This document shows, piece after piece, positions 37,601-63,740 of a DNA stretch of 64,000 bases (position 1 is its first letter; every line of letters begins with the position of its first letter). Both the position numbers and the translations under genes were made by a program. This DNA is from Lama guanicoe (taxonomy: Eukaryota): contig MU053629.1 in assembly GCA_013239625.1 (NCBI GenBank), positions 2,445,567-2,509,566 of the forward strand. The letters are read 5' to 3'. The notes beneath the pieces are model-generated. The model saw nothing but the letters and a program-made list of their open reading frames with translations, was not told where the DNA came from and did not search any database.

Positions 37601-40282
37601 TTCCCTTCCGTGACTGTACCAAGTTTATTTTGTTTACCATTAAACAGTAAACTGTATATGGCATCTTATTTCTCCCCCAAACTTCTGGCTGTGTGTGCGT
37701 GCGTGCATGCACGTAGGAGGAGGGCGATTTGCAGAGTCATTCTCCAGTGCTGGCCCAGAGGACGGGCTGGGATCTGCAGGGTCAGCGTGCGAATAAGGGA
37801 AAAAAGACTCCAGGCTCCAGGAGAAACTGGGTAGAGATGGTGCCACTCGGGAGATGCTTCAGGAGCCTGATCCAGACCAAGCCTCTGAGGAGGGAGCCCT
37901 CTGCTAGACAGGAGGGATGAGGCAGGTGTAGATTTCACTGCCCCCCTGCCCCGTGAGAATGTTTCAAACCATTCAGTCAGACGTGGGGAGTGGGCTCAGG
38001 GAAAAATTGGCTTTTTTGGGGAAAAGGGGGTGGGATGGAGGAAGGTCATCAGGAACCTTCCAGATTTAGTGGTTCTTGACCCAACAGGAGGAAAAGATGA
38101 GCACTAAATGAGCTGAGACAAATCAGGTGTGCAGCATAGAGTCTGGCAGATATAGAACGTTCCATAGTGTTAGCTATTGGTATTCACTGCATGAGAGTTT
38201 TAATTTTTGTTCTCTTTGGCTGCCTTTTGGTGGTGTTTGGAAAAGTACATTAACTGCTTGAACTTTTGCCAATGCAAATCAATACTTATCCGACTTTTAC
38301 ATTAAAAAGTTCAAGGTTCTATTTTCGGAGAGCTTCTAGCTGGCAGAGCTGCACCCCAAGGTGGCAGTGTGGTGGCCGCTCACTAACCGGGGTCACTGGC
38401 ATCACTGGGAGCAGACAAACAGGGCCGGGCAAAGTCCAGAGGGCCCTAACAAAGACCTTTTGGACTTCCCCAGGTGACAATATATCTCATGATTATGCTT
38501 TTGCCCTTTGTATTTGCCACTCACATTTTTGCTTTTCATGTTTCTTTTTGCTACAACTATGGTAAAAAAATTTCAATGACTTTTGACAGCGTATACAGTA
38601 AATTCCAACCTTGTAGCAAAAAAATTCATATGAGATAAGATACTCAGAGATCTTTGAAATTTTCTGGGAAATTATCTTGCTAATACAGTCTGGAAGAAAA
38701 GGAATAAAAGTAGCATGTTCTTTTTTTCCTTCTTTCCCCACCCCACGAGTTGTATGTTTTGAATCTAAACCATAAAATACTTAAAGGTTGTTTATTGCTT
38801 CAACTTCCTCAGAGCTCTCTGAATGGCAATTTTGTCAGAATCCCTTTAGAAGACTCAGCATCTGTTTGATAATTTAAAATCTAGCATTATGAAATTTCAA
38901 GCAAACTTTTCATGACGTATGGACCAAAAGAATCAGAGGAGAAAATTACATCAGTGAAACTACCTCCTTTAACTACTGCCAAGAATATTTAGGTAAGTTT
39001 CTGTTGTTTCAGGTCTGGCGAGCAGCTTGCTGAGCAAGTCCATCAGCAGGAGTTCACGTGAGTCACTTGAGGGGATGGGACAAGGGAAAGGGACTCCAGG
39101 GGGACGATGCTCCCTCTAGCATGGGCAGTGGTTTCCAGGGTAGCAAGAAGAAAAGGGGGCTCCTTTCGGTAAGCAGCCAAGTAGTTCCGGCTTTGAAGCC
39201 AGATTAATTTGATTTTAATCCAAATTCTACCAGGCTGTGTGACCTTTAACATGTTAATCTCCAAGAATCTTGGTTTTCTCATCTGTAAAATGGGCATGCC
39301 ACTACCCTTTGGTTAAACTTTATAAGAATTAAATAAGACACCTGGGACTTCCTACAACAGTGCCAGGTATACAGCAGGTATTCTGTCTCTACTTGGAGAC
39401 TGTATCTCAAATTTCTATATAAAGAGTAATCTTCTTATTAATTCAAACTTGCATGATACTCCCACAGCTCTCTACCTTGACAAAATAATCTTAGCAGAGA
39501 CTCAGATGATCTTCAGATCACAGTTCTCTAATACTTCTGCAAGGGGATCAGCAAAGATTTTACTCTGTGGCTTGAACAACTTCTGTCTAGCGTAATCCCT
39601 AAACATTTGGGATTAATTTGGGACTCAGAGTTAACGGTCAAACTTCAGTGTAAGTGTCTGGGGCTTCTGGACATCCCAGGCAAAGAATGCTTCCAGAAGA
39701 TGACTACGGCAGAATGAGTATATGTCATTGCAAACAGAGGAGCTATTATGTGACCCACTGTAAATGTTACATCCGAGGAACAGGAAAATGCTTTCTAATA
39801 AGTAACAGCACTCACTGTGTAGCTGCTGTTGCTGTAAGCTTTCTACTGAGCTATACGGAGGAGTACATATACTCCTGCTTGCCTGATTTTGTAAAAGCAA
39901 TTATAAAATAATGGGTATAGTTATTCTCGCTTTTATTCTTGAATGAGCCTCAAAAGTTGATTGTATATGACTGAAGTATTGTGCCGTACACCAGAAATTG
40001 ACACAACATTGTAAGCTGACTATGCTTCGATAAAAATATATTTAAAAAAAAGTTGATTGTACTGGACAGGGAAGGGGTGAACTTTATGCTCTGCAACCCA
40101 GAGTCACGAAACTTGGCAACAACCTTTACTCCCAAACGCTACAAAGACATAACGTCTATATCACACATAAAAACAATACAAGATTTTGCAAATAAGAGGT
40201 GTAGTAAAACCATACATACCTTTTTAAGGGGGACTGTACTTCTAAACCAGTTATAATCAGGAGAGACTTTAATCTCTCCCAT
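25527..40282 (-). CDS. SPG21: SPG21 / maspardin, complete 308-aa CDS: complement(join(25527-25643,27185-27325,29861-29968,30619-30727,32768-32913,34466-34546,37180-37341,40220-40282))
   Basis: Translation [32 protein letters not shown]...[13 protein letters not shown]...GGNFPYL...GISQEEQ*; alpha/beta-hydrolase fold protein; all introns GT-AG; exon lengths sum to 927 nt. Confidence 0.97.
25855..25980 (-). mobile_element. Vic-1-like SINE inside a + strand L1 3'-end fragment (~25710-26060)
   Basis: tRNA-like head ends at 25980; the L1 3'UTR sequence continues on both sides. Confidence 0.85.
27185..27325 (-). CDS. SPG21: SPG21 exon 8 ([19 protein letters not shown]...NLYVQ)
   Basis: 141 nt; tttaag|GTG ... 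CAG|gtaggt. Confidence 0.96.
27601..28160 (-). mobile_element. 5'-truncated LINE-1 3' end in SPG21 intron 7, with TSD
   Basis: Peptide [29 protein letters not shown] aattaa(t/c)agaatatt at 27586-27600 and 28161-28175. Confidence 0.9.
28730..29470 (+). mobile_element. Older LINE-1 (L1M-type) 3' fragment
   Basis: gtgttcacagcagcg...aatagccaaaaggtgg; atgaaccttggaaacattatgc; gggtacagggtttc. Confidence 0.8.
29861..29968 (-). CDS. SPG21: SPG21 exon 7 ([17 protein letters not shown]...VTIMD)
   Basis: 108 nt; ccacag|CTG ... GAC|gtaagc. Confidence 0.96.
30619..30727 (-). CDS. SPG21: SPG21 exon 6 ([17 protein letters not shown]...FMVDR)
   Basis: 109 nt; ccgcag|C ... AGG|gtgagg. Confidence 0.96.
32357..32402. 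repeat. Perfect 23-bp tandem duplication (ggcagacaatgatttagatgaat)x2
   Basis: Read directly from the sequence. Confidence 0.95.
32483..32630 (+). mobile_element. Vic-1-like SINE
   Basis: GGGGAGAGGTATGGCTCAAGTGGTAGAG head; TSD aaaa(g/c)ccagcatg on both sides. Confidence 0.88.
32768..32913 (-). CDS. SPG21: SPG21 exon 5 ([16 protein letters not shown]...QTWTAN)
   Basis: 146 nt; contains the GASLG nucleophile-elbow motif; aattag|GTT ... AG|gtaaga. Confidence 0.96.
33201..33358 (+). mobile_element. Vic-1-like SINE
   Basis: TSD aaactatgattcag on both sides. Confidence 0.88.
33360..34380 (+). mobile_element. Old L1M 3' fragment interrupted by a younger L1 3' end (~33770-34270)
   Basis: Old element stops at actgtggtga (~33760) and resumes at actgtgatga (~34272); the inner element has gataaagaagatgtgg...aataaaaaa and a poly-A tail. 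Confidence 0.8.
34466..34546 (-). CDS. SPG21: SPG21 exon 4 ([27 protein letters not shown])
   Basis: 81 nt; ttccag|TTG ... AAA|gtgagt. Confidence 0.96.
37180..37341 (-). CDS. SPG21: SPG21 exon 3 ([11 protein letters not shown]...WGYRVIA)
   Basis: 162 nt; ctccag|ATC ... GCT|gtaagt. Confidence 0.96.
39966..40047 (+). mobile_element. Ultra-short L1 3' tail with perfect 14-bp TSD
   Basis: TSD aaaagttgattgta at 39952-39965 and 40048-40061; body gtacaccagaaattgacacaacattgtaa. Confidence 0.85.
40220..40282 (-). CDS. SPG21: SPG21 exon 2 coding part ([21 protein letters not shown]); exon extends to 40306 as 5'UTR
   Basis: ATG at 40282-40280; donor AAG|gtatgt; acceptor tttcag| at 40307. Confidence 0.95.
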
Positions 40283-43200
40283 GATTAGCTGAAATGGAGG
40301 TTAACCCTGAAATAAAAGCATGTGATGTTTCATGTCAAGAATTCACGTTTACATCAGAACTAAATGTAGAGTCTGGTCGAGCTCTACCAACAATACTTTA
40401 AAGGGTGAAACCGAGGAAGTGAGCTATTTTATCTAGTCAATATATATTTAAACTACAGAAAACAATTTGATGAAATCCTAAAATCATGGAGCACAAAGGG
40501 CCCTAAGAGAGAATTATTTCAGTCTACTTCTTTCCTCCCGAAGAGGAATCTGGTCTAGAAAATGTAAGTGACTTACCCAAGATCCTACGGCTATTGCAAA
40601 ACCAGGACCAGATGCAGGACAGTATTTCTACACCTGACTGCCTGTCCTAGTTAAATGACTCCAAACTGCAGCAGCATCACCTTTTGCCAGTATCTTAAGA
40701 ATCCATTGCAATAAAGATGGTCCTGTCAGAGAGAATTCTAGGGAACAATTCACACTAGAAAAAGGAGTTAATGTAAGCCGACCTCCTGATAAACTCATAA
40801 AATGCCATAAGTCTAACTCCCGTGGGAACATAAGTTCAGAAACTCACACGTAATTTTCAAACCAAAATACACTGTTCGTATGCATGTGATTAAAAGTGAC
40901 ATAATGTCCCTCTGAAAGATCTAGGATAAGATACCGGAACAGACCTGAAGGCGCGCTAACTAGCAACAAAACAAAACAAGTGCCTTTAGGGGGGGGAAAA
41001 AAAAAGTGTGGTTTTCTGTTGTGAGATTAGTGATTTCCAGTTTTTATAGCTCTGTGACCTCAGAAAAGTCACTGACCCTCTTTGGGCTTGTTTTCTCATC
41101 TACGACTCTTTCATCTCTGTATCTCCAAAGCACAGAACAGTGCATGGCACACAGCAGGCATTATCTGTTGCCTAAGTGAACGACTACATCCAAAGCAGAC
41201 CCAACTAGGCAATCCCAGAGTCCCTTTTAACCCTACGAGCCTACGAGCGCTGGATTGGCTGAGCATCTTCAATTTAAAGGCCGCCCCTCTTTGCTCAGGC
41301 ATCTGTGTTATGTCATAACAGGAACCTGAAATTATAGTTCCTTGTTGCAGATTCTTATTGCCAAATGAGGAACGTCCATCCATCCGTTTGGTAGGATTCA
41401 AATGCTGGTTTGCATCATGTCCTCCACCTCAGGGCAAGCCTGGATTTTCCTAGCAGGGCTAGGATGAGTTTGAGACCCTAGGACTTAGGTCCTGGGCTGA
41501 CTCTGAACTGGCCAGGAACAAGGGATTCTAAAGCCAATTAATCTTCCTCCTTGGCCCATCACATCGGCTCCGTAGGAACCCTGGGCACTCAGCAGTCTTA
41601 ACTGTTACCTCCGACCTTGAGGGGGTTACTAAGCTGAACCCCAATGAGATGGGAAATGCAGACATCAAATATTAATCTTGATTTACAATGCTGACATTGT
41701 AATAACGGTCTCTTAAGGCTAGGATGGTACTTTCAGAAAAGTGGCCCTAAAGTACCACTGAAGAAAATAGTCTGCCAGGCTTATGCTGAAAATCAAGTGT
41801 GCACAGATGGACTGAAGTAAAGAAAATCATTCTTTGCGTATCTATTTTCTCTTAACAAGCATTAACATGTTAAAGAAATCAAAGCCATTTGAACTATAGC
41901 CTTTCTCTAAGCTGGTAACTGCTTTTAACTGAAAGCAACTAGCACATACACTTAATTCTGGAATATTTTCTACCTGGAGAGACTTGAAATAGTCCTATAT
42001 CATCTAAATATTTCCTAATGGAGACATTTTCTATAAACAATTACTATTCTACAGGAGGAAATATAAAAAACATGTTTAGCAAAAAAAAAAATCTACTCAA
42101 TAGACTTATAAAACACCTCAGCTAATTAAGGCCAGAAACTTTGCTTTTAGATTTACTAAACTTGGGATAAAATAAATTATTCATAGTTTGGAACCAGTCA
42201 CAGTGTACCACACAAATCCACATACACACATCAAACACAGACACACACATTCAGGCATCTACTTCTTCCCTCAGTAGTAAGTAGAAAGATGTTCCTTACC
42301 CCTGTCTGCAGTATTATTCACAACCAGCCAATATTATAACATTTTATAACTAATCTGCCTGAGATTCCACCCAACTGTGACTACATTTTTTGTAGAGGCA
42401 AGCGGTTTTAACACTTGTGCTAGCTTGGCAGTACATAAAAGGTAAGATAGATACCAAATGCTGCATCTGACCAACTGCCATCTAAGTGAAAAAAACTGCT
42501 GCAAAGAAAGCAGCTGTGAGTGGTATGAAAAGGAAGTTTGTTCTCCCAGCCCTCTTTCCTCCACTACAGGGGAATACTTTTCCAAGTCACAAGGGGAATG
42601 TTCTGCATATGGCAAAAAAAGGTCAACTGAGATTGTGACGAAACTGGTCAGTATTAAATAACAAAGAGTGCGGACCATGAGCTCAACACTGATTTGATCC
42701 CTCACAATGCAATTCTTCACAAAAATGAAAGCACCTGTTCATGCTGGTGGGAAAATCACTGCAGGAATTTTGCCTTAATCTTGCCTAAGGAAATGACAAT
42801 CCCTCCGGGAGGAATGCTCTGGACATTCCATCCTTTATGGCCCTTGTGTTGCTCGACAACAGAACTGCCAGGTGGGAGTGTACACCAAGAATTACGTGCA
42901 CTTATTTCTCCAGGTTTCAACAGAACCAGACAGTTTACAGTCCACTTATCCCTCAAGATTTCAACAGAAGCTGCCAATCTAGAGTCAATGACATTGCCTT
43001 CATAAGTGTTTAAGTCATAAAACCAGTTTAACTAGTCAGAGCTTTTCTGATCCTTTATCTCAATCATATGATCTATATATGGTCAATCTGGGATTATTAT
43101 TAACATCAGCAGTAACAAAATATTAGAACCTGAGAGTCTCCAAGTGATGCCATTGGCATTTTAATGCAAGCCTCCAGACCTCACCACAGCAGGACACAGC

Positions 43201-44009
43201 TATTCTTTTTTTAGGTTTCCTCAGGGGAAGGTTGATCCCTTTCTTCTTCAGAAAATCTTCTAAACCTCATGAGGGGAAAAGCTGACTACCTGACATTTCA
43301 ACTGTGACAATTCATTTTGTAATCTGTCTTAGTACAAAAGCTTTTGGAAATTTGCACACAGCTAGTCAATTACCCCTCAGTCTCTTGAATCTTTGTGCCA
43401 AAAGGAGCTGGAACATTGTAGGTGGAGACAAAGAAGCAGCATAAATGCAGAACTTATGACTCCCCAGGAAAAGGAGGAGAAGTGAGAAAGCCTAGCTCTG
43501 CTACTTTCCTCATGCCCCATTCAGAAGCCTCACACCTGGCCCGGACTCGGCAATGACAAAGACGTCTGTCGCTTTCAGGCTGAGGTACAATCTCCAAAAT
43601 AACTAGCTTCTGCTCAGAGTTCTTAAAAGTTTACTGAAAAATACGTTCCTGGGCTGCAGCACTGTAGCCCCAGGATGGAATTACAGCAGTATGCCCAGGT
43701 CAAGAGCTCCCCACCCCCACTCCCACCCCAGGCAACCCACACGCTGACCTCCGCCTTCTCCCAACCCCACCAGTGACAGGCCACACAAAGGCAGAATCAC
43801 AGGCACACCGACCCCTCCTCCCCGCATGAACTCAGACTCGGCCTCAACACACACACACACCACACACAAACACACACACACAGGGACGTGCAATCACGTG
43901 CATGGTCACATGAACCGACTCACTGGGGCCACACTCCCAAAGTCACACCGATAGAGGTAGCAGCGCACACTACAAACCACACTCACCCACAGCCACAAAC
44001 ACATCACAC

Positions 44010-44650
44010 ATCCACACCCGCCGCTTCCCAGGGCCTCGCCCACCCCTCACCTGCCGTGGCCGCCCCCAGGTCCCTTTCCCTCCTCCCCAGGGCGGCTCTT
44101 CCCTCCAGTACTGGTGCGGCCCGGGAGGCGGCCGGGCCCGGGTCGCGGCCGGCAGCTTGGGCGCTCGGTCCCCGCAAGCGCTAAGGACGGCGGGGGCGCG
44201 CTGGAAGGCCGGCCTCCGAGGGGCGGGGCGCGCGGCCGAGCGAGCCGGGGCCGCCGCCCTCCCTCCTTCCGAGCTGTTCGCGCAGCTGGCGCGAGCCTCG
44301 CGCTTCCGGGTTCGGAGGGGCGGGGCCACACCGCGAGGAAGGGGCGGAGCTGCGTGGCTCCGGTGGTCACCATGGCAACGGGGCGGGTTATCCCACAGGG
44401 TGGGACCTCCGGCGCTCTTACGCGTTGTTGGGTGCGGAGTCCGCATCCACGGTGGCGGCGTGAGCGGGGAGGAAGAACGAGCCGACTCTGGGTCAGTTCT
44501 AGGTCACCTATGTGACATGAGCACCGAGGGAGAGGTTGTGGAAGTGGAAGAAGCCTGACCCCTGGGGCCTGTCTCTGCCTGCAGTTCGCGCCCTCTTGGA
44601 GGAAGCAGATGCCGAACGTTTTCTCTCCGCCATGTGAGGCTTTGAGGGGG
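44010..44650. promoter_or_regulatory. CpG-island promoter of SPG21 with GC boxes (e.g. GGGGCGGGG at 44220), ETS site (CCGGAAG on minus, 44303-44309), X-box and DR5
   Basis: Very GC- and CpG-rich segment with no TATA box seen, lying 5' of SPG21 exon 2. Confidence 0.9.
44051..44300 (-). other. SPG21: SPG21 non-coding exon 1 (5' end approximate)
   Basis: Donor CAG|gtgagg at 44051/44050 inside the CpG island; TSS cannot be determined from sequence. Confidence 0.65.
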
Positions 44651-47600
44651 CCCCTTCGTGTTGCAGGCTTTGATAAACTGGGCTTTGTATACTCTCTTTT
44701 CTTAGCAAGATTTTAATTCTTCTGGCACAGCTACAGACGCCCTCCATAATCCTCTACTGTAGCGCCCCCACCTCCCTTCCAGGCTTGTGCTGACGTTCTG
44801 GGGATTTCCAGAAACAGCCCACCGAGCTTCCAGCTTCATCACTTTCCCTTAAAGGAATAGAGCCTATTAATATATTTATAATAATTAGTCTTAAGATGTT
44901 GCAGAGGTCATGACTCTTTCTCAGTAAAATATATGCAGGTATGATAAGGGTGAATAACATGTATATCTCCTTGTTGGGAGTTTCTTTAAAGATCCTGCAA
45001 CAAGGTCCTGCTGAAAATAACTCTCCCTAATCAGTTTTAGGAAAAACTTGTACTCTATTAAAGACCTTTGTCTTTACCCAGGCAGCTGTCAAGGTCAAGA
45101 GGAGAATCCGAGTAAATTGCATCCTAAGTCAAGGCCTCTGCCCTCCTACTCAGGACCCTTGGATCCCCATCTAGAACTTGGACTAATCCCGAAGGCATTC
45201 CCAAGACCACAGTAATATATCCGCCTTCTGCCATCCACCAATCACCTTTCCCACATTTTGAGTCAGTAACAGAAAGTGGTTTTTTAATTATAAACACCAC
45301 ATAGGTTCCATAGAGGAGATCTTTCCTCAGAAGATTTTTGAACTTGGCACTTCTCCTCAAAAACCTGGAATAGTTTAATGAATGGAATAACTGGCAAATC
45401 ACTGGTTGTATGTAAAACCCATTATGGGTACTCATTACATGGTTTATCCGTCTACCCCAGTAGGTTGGGAGCTTTAATTTAGAGCAAAGGGAACAGAGTG
45501 ATTTAACCAGTGCCTTAGCTGTTGTGACCTGGCTCATAATGGATACTAAATGTGTACTGAATGAATTAATGAGTGAACAAAAAAATCTATTCCCATGTAT
45601 TCCTCAAGCTGTAGTCCTTAGATCTCACATTCCAGACCTCACTTGAGTATCAACCCTAATGAGACTTGAACTATAGATGTGCCCAAATATATTAGAAGTC
45701 CTTATTCTGTTAGTTTGGTAATAGTAATTTTTAACTTGACTGTTGATAATGGAAAACCACTTCACTATGTGGATGTTTTGTTATATGTATAATTTTATTA
45801 AAAGGTCAAACCCAAAATAATGAATGTTTTGTTTCCCTTGGAAAAGGAAACCATGGTCATGTTTGGATCTTCAGTTGTTCCATAACACACGGCAAACACA
45901 TTGTCCGTTCCCTAACCTGAACAAGGAACATTTAATATCTGTGAATTCCAGCTGTCCTGTAACTGCACAGCTGCAGAGAGCAAACTTTTTGAGACCACAG
46001 TGCTGGCAGACCTGGTAGATACGGCTGGGACGGTTTGCAGCTGTCATGGTTGGGGTCTGCCAGATAGTTCCCACAGCACCAATCCCTGCGTGAGAATCTC
46101 ACTTACAAACTGGAATGTTCACAAAATATACTGTGAACACCAAGCAAAGTAAACAGATGGCCAGCTGGTTCTCAGAACTGCCCAAACCCAAGCTCTTTCC
46201 CTCAAACTGATCTTTTGACAGGATAATACTTGTTCTAAAACACACATGTGAAATAATCCAAGGTATAGCTCTTCTGCATGTATATACATTAGGGTAGTTT
46301 TACCTCTGAGGAGAAACTGGGAATGCAAGGGGTGGTGAAGGAGCAGTTGGCTTTATATTTAGTATTTGAATTTATATAAACATGTATCCATATATTATCC
46401 TGTGATAAAAAAAATTACTTAAAAGCAACTATCTTCATGCTTTAAATGTTGCTCTAAACCCTCCTCTAAATTCTTCAATAGCTCCCCAGTGCCTTCAAGC
46501 TAAAGTCCAAAGTGCATAGGCTAGAGCAGATACGACTCTCTCAAAGGGCCCTGAACACCCTATGAGGTCTGAAACCTCTAGGCGCTGGTATATGCTCTTC
46601 CCTCCACTTAGAGAGCCTCCCTCCACCTGACTCATCAGTCAGTTACCCTTATTTTGCCCCAGGAACCATGTGTGAAAAAAGGTAAAAAAGGAGAAAAACA
46701 TTTAGTTTCTCATACTAATATCAATTCTTGGAATACCATCCTTTTAAAGCTTTCAGGGTACGACTGACTACAGTGTTATATGTCCAATTATGCTGAAAAC
46801 CAAGACTGAAAACAAGTGCTGTTTCCTCACTGCCAGCCCCAGTCTGTATCATATATATAGTACACTGGGTAACAGGGATCAGACACAGAGCGGGGATGCT
46901 GATGTGATTATTCTATAGCTTGCTACCTACTTAAACATCCTATCAGACAAGTTATATACAGTTATTTAGCATTAATAATTTATTATCATCTGGGAGTTAA
47001 GACCTGAGTTCTATCTTTAGGCAAGACATTTCCTCTTTCTAGATGTGGTTTCCCTCGTTGTAAAATGAGTTCAAGCTTAAACTGAATGATCTGTAAGTTC
47101 TTATCAGTTCTAAGATTTTAGACTGTGTACTTATGAGAGCTGTATTATAGAATCTTTACAATAGCCTTTCCTCAAAGCTGCTCTTCTCCGATAACCCCGT
47201 CTGCTCCCTTCCAATCAAACTTTTTAGAAAAGCAGCCTCCACCCCAACATGCCTCCTTATGGAAACAGTATTTTGACTTCTTGGATAAGTTAATGTTTGA
47301 CCATTATTAACTTTGTAAAATAAAAGTCCCTAAGCGAAGGTACCACATCTTTTGTATCATCCGCCAACCTAGCATCTCATTGTTTCTTCCATAAATAACA
47401 ATGTGATAATCTACCTTCTGGAAGAAGAGCTGCAATAAAAAAAAAAAAATCCTGGAAAAGAGCTGCACTATTATACTGCAAAATAAAGCAGCTTCTGTCT
47501 GTAGGGTTCTAGAAAACTATGAATTCTTAGAAGTAATGAAGACAGTGATTAAATAGTAACTAAAATAGGAAAATCTTACTGAAATTGTCTAGCCTAGTTC

Positions 47601-50290
47601 CTGCATATAATGGGCACTCAATATGTGCTCCTATTTCTTCATTTCTGAGCACCGAAGTCTAATACATTAAATTCATTGATCAAGATAAAAACATTTGCAA
47701 TAAAGGCAGGGTAGCAAAGTGGTTAGGCCCACAGATGGGTGTCAGACTACTGGAATGTGAATTCTAGCTCCACTACCTATTAGCTATCTAACATTCTGGG
47801 AAAATGAGGAGCATTAACATTACCTGCCTTACAGGGTTACTGTAAACATAAAATGAGATAGCTCAGGTCAAGTCCTTAGAAACGTGGTTAGCATTCAATA
47901 AATGTTGGTTAATAATAATGGAATTGACTACAATAAAAGTGTTAATAAAAGTAAAATAAAACACGGAAAAAAATAATAATGGTATTGAGAACGTGCAGTG
48001 TTCCAGGCACCGAGCTAGGTGAATTACACGCATTATTTTTATTCCTCGTGAGAACCCTTGCAAAGTAGGTACCGTTTTCATTTCATAGATAAGGTAATAG
48101 ATTCAGAGACGGTGAGTAGTCAGCCTAGGCTTAGGGTCAGTAGCAAGGCCAGGGCCTACACGTGTTTGCTGAATGTTAAGACTCTGCCTCTTAAAATCAT
48201 GTATCTTTATCTTGAAATTGTTTGATAAATACAAAGAAAAATGGTGAAAATAGGTTGTACTGACTTAAAATACGTTTAAAAGCAATAAACATCCCTTTGC
48301 AGCGGCCTTTCTCAAGAGCTTGATTTTATGCTCAGAACCATTTCTTTTGTCCCTCAAATCGAACCAAAAATAAAATCCTTTTTTTAAACGAAACCTACTG
48401 TAGTCTCTGGGTTCTAATCCTCGCATTGTCACTAGCTAGCTGCTGCTGGACCCGTTTCATCATCTCCAAACTGAAATTGTGAGTACTGAATTAAAAACCC
48501 TCTCCCACTCAAATTATTTTCCTCCTGTTCATCTAAAGGCATCTCGGCAAGTTGCAGCTGCCCTCCACAGGAGGAAATATTGCTGCAGGCCCGCAGAAGG
48601 CCTTATAGCACTATTACACCGTGGTGACAAAAATAGCTACCATTTATCATCTACTGTGTGCCACGCACGTCCCTGGGCATATTCTATATGTTTTTCTATT
48701 CTGCACGGTAGGTATTACCTATGTTTTTAAACTAAGAAATTAGAATTTAAAAATTTTAAGTAACTTGTTCCAGGTCACCCAACTAGTAATGAGTAACTGA
48801 ATTCTGGTTTGTTTTTTCTTTTTTCAATTCTGTTTTGAGTCTGATGTTCTTTCAGCAATGACAAGAATCAAAGTAGAAGCTTCTTGCATAAGGAGGCAGT
48901 GTATTTGCAAATCCATCCTGTCAGCCAGAGCACAGAATAGGCAGTGGTCCACCCTGCCTGGGAGGACCTGGGACCTGAGGGCCAGCACGTGGCTCCCTGT
49001 TCCTCTTAAGCTACTTAGAGCTGTTATTGCTCTGGCATATTTGTTGAGTGTGATAAAATGCAGAGTCTCATTTTCCATGTGCAAAAAAAAAAAAAATCCA
49101 GATTATGATTCAAGCTCTGGAACAGCAATCTACATTTTGGGTTTTTTTTTGGGGGGGGTGGGGGCAGGTAATTACGTTTATTTATTTTTAAATGAATACC
49201 AATGCCCTCCAATGACTCCCTTGAGGGAGACTTAATGCTTCCATTATACTTCCATTGCGGCATTTATAACAAAATTATGTATTTGCTTATGTAGCCTCAC
49301 TAGCAGACTGAAGATACCAAATATTATTTAATCTCTGAATCTCCAGCAATCAGCAATAGAGACGAGTTACTTAGCAAATGTTCAATAAATAACAACGTCC
49401 ATACAACCTGGGAGGGTCCTGTTTATGCCTGTTGTCCAGAAGAAATTATTTTAAGTGCTAACTTTTATTCAAGAACATGTCCCAGTTTAGGTGACCAATT
49501 ATAAGATCACACTATCAGTGAATGTTGTTGAATGGATAAGTTAATCATTGGAGAAAATTTTTAACTGATAGAATCTAGGCAGGGAAAGCTGACCTGTAAA
49601 GATTTTCAAAAATTCAACAGCTGGCCGCTGTACATCCTTCCTCCTCCAGAAGTGCCGGACTCCCCTGGAGATAGGTTGAGTTTGCACAGACCAGATGCTC
49701 AGTAACCTTTACTGCACAAGTAAGTTGAAGAATGTTAGCATATTCCTACTTTAAGAAAATCTAGATGTAAAATACGAATTTACTGTACAGATCAATGTGA
49801 CAGAGATTATTACATATTATAAATGTTTACTACTTGGTGACAACTAGATGGTAGATAAATTTAAAGAGCTGACTTTACTCCTTGTTGAAAATCAGAAATG
49901 TAGATTAAATACTGCTGAAAGAACAGCCAAAGGGAATATATGATTTAAAAAATTTAATAGACACACTTTTTAAAAGAACCTCTCTTCAGTATGTATACAC
50001 ATACCAGTTAGCTGTACTCACTTTTAGGGAAAGATAGTCTCCATGAATTTGATATTATAAATAAAAATTTAATTCAAAGCTTCTTTTGTTATTCAAATAG
50101 AAAAAGCCGTTCTTAATTACTGTTAAGCGAAAAGTGAAAAGTGAGGTAATTCATCTTTTTGACAATAATCTTCCCTTCCAACAGTGTCATCTTCTTTGAA
50201 AGTCAAGGTAATTCCATATAAATAAGGCTTTTAACAAATTGTAAGTACACAGTAGGATCTTGTCCATCTTCTTCCTAACTACTTAACGCA

Positions 50291-63740
<13,450 letters not shown>

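Noticed and set aside
43888..44558. Several overlapping 98-158 aa Arg/Gly/Pro/Ala-rich ORFs
   Set aside because: Expected stop-codon scarcity in a CpG island; no protein-like signal.
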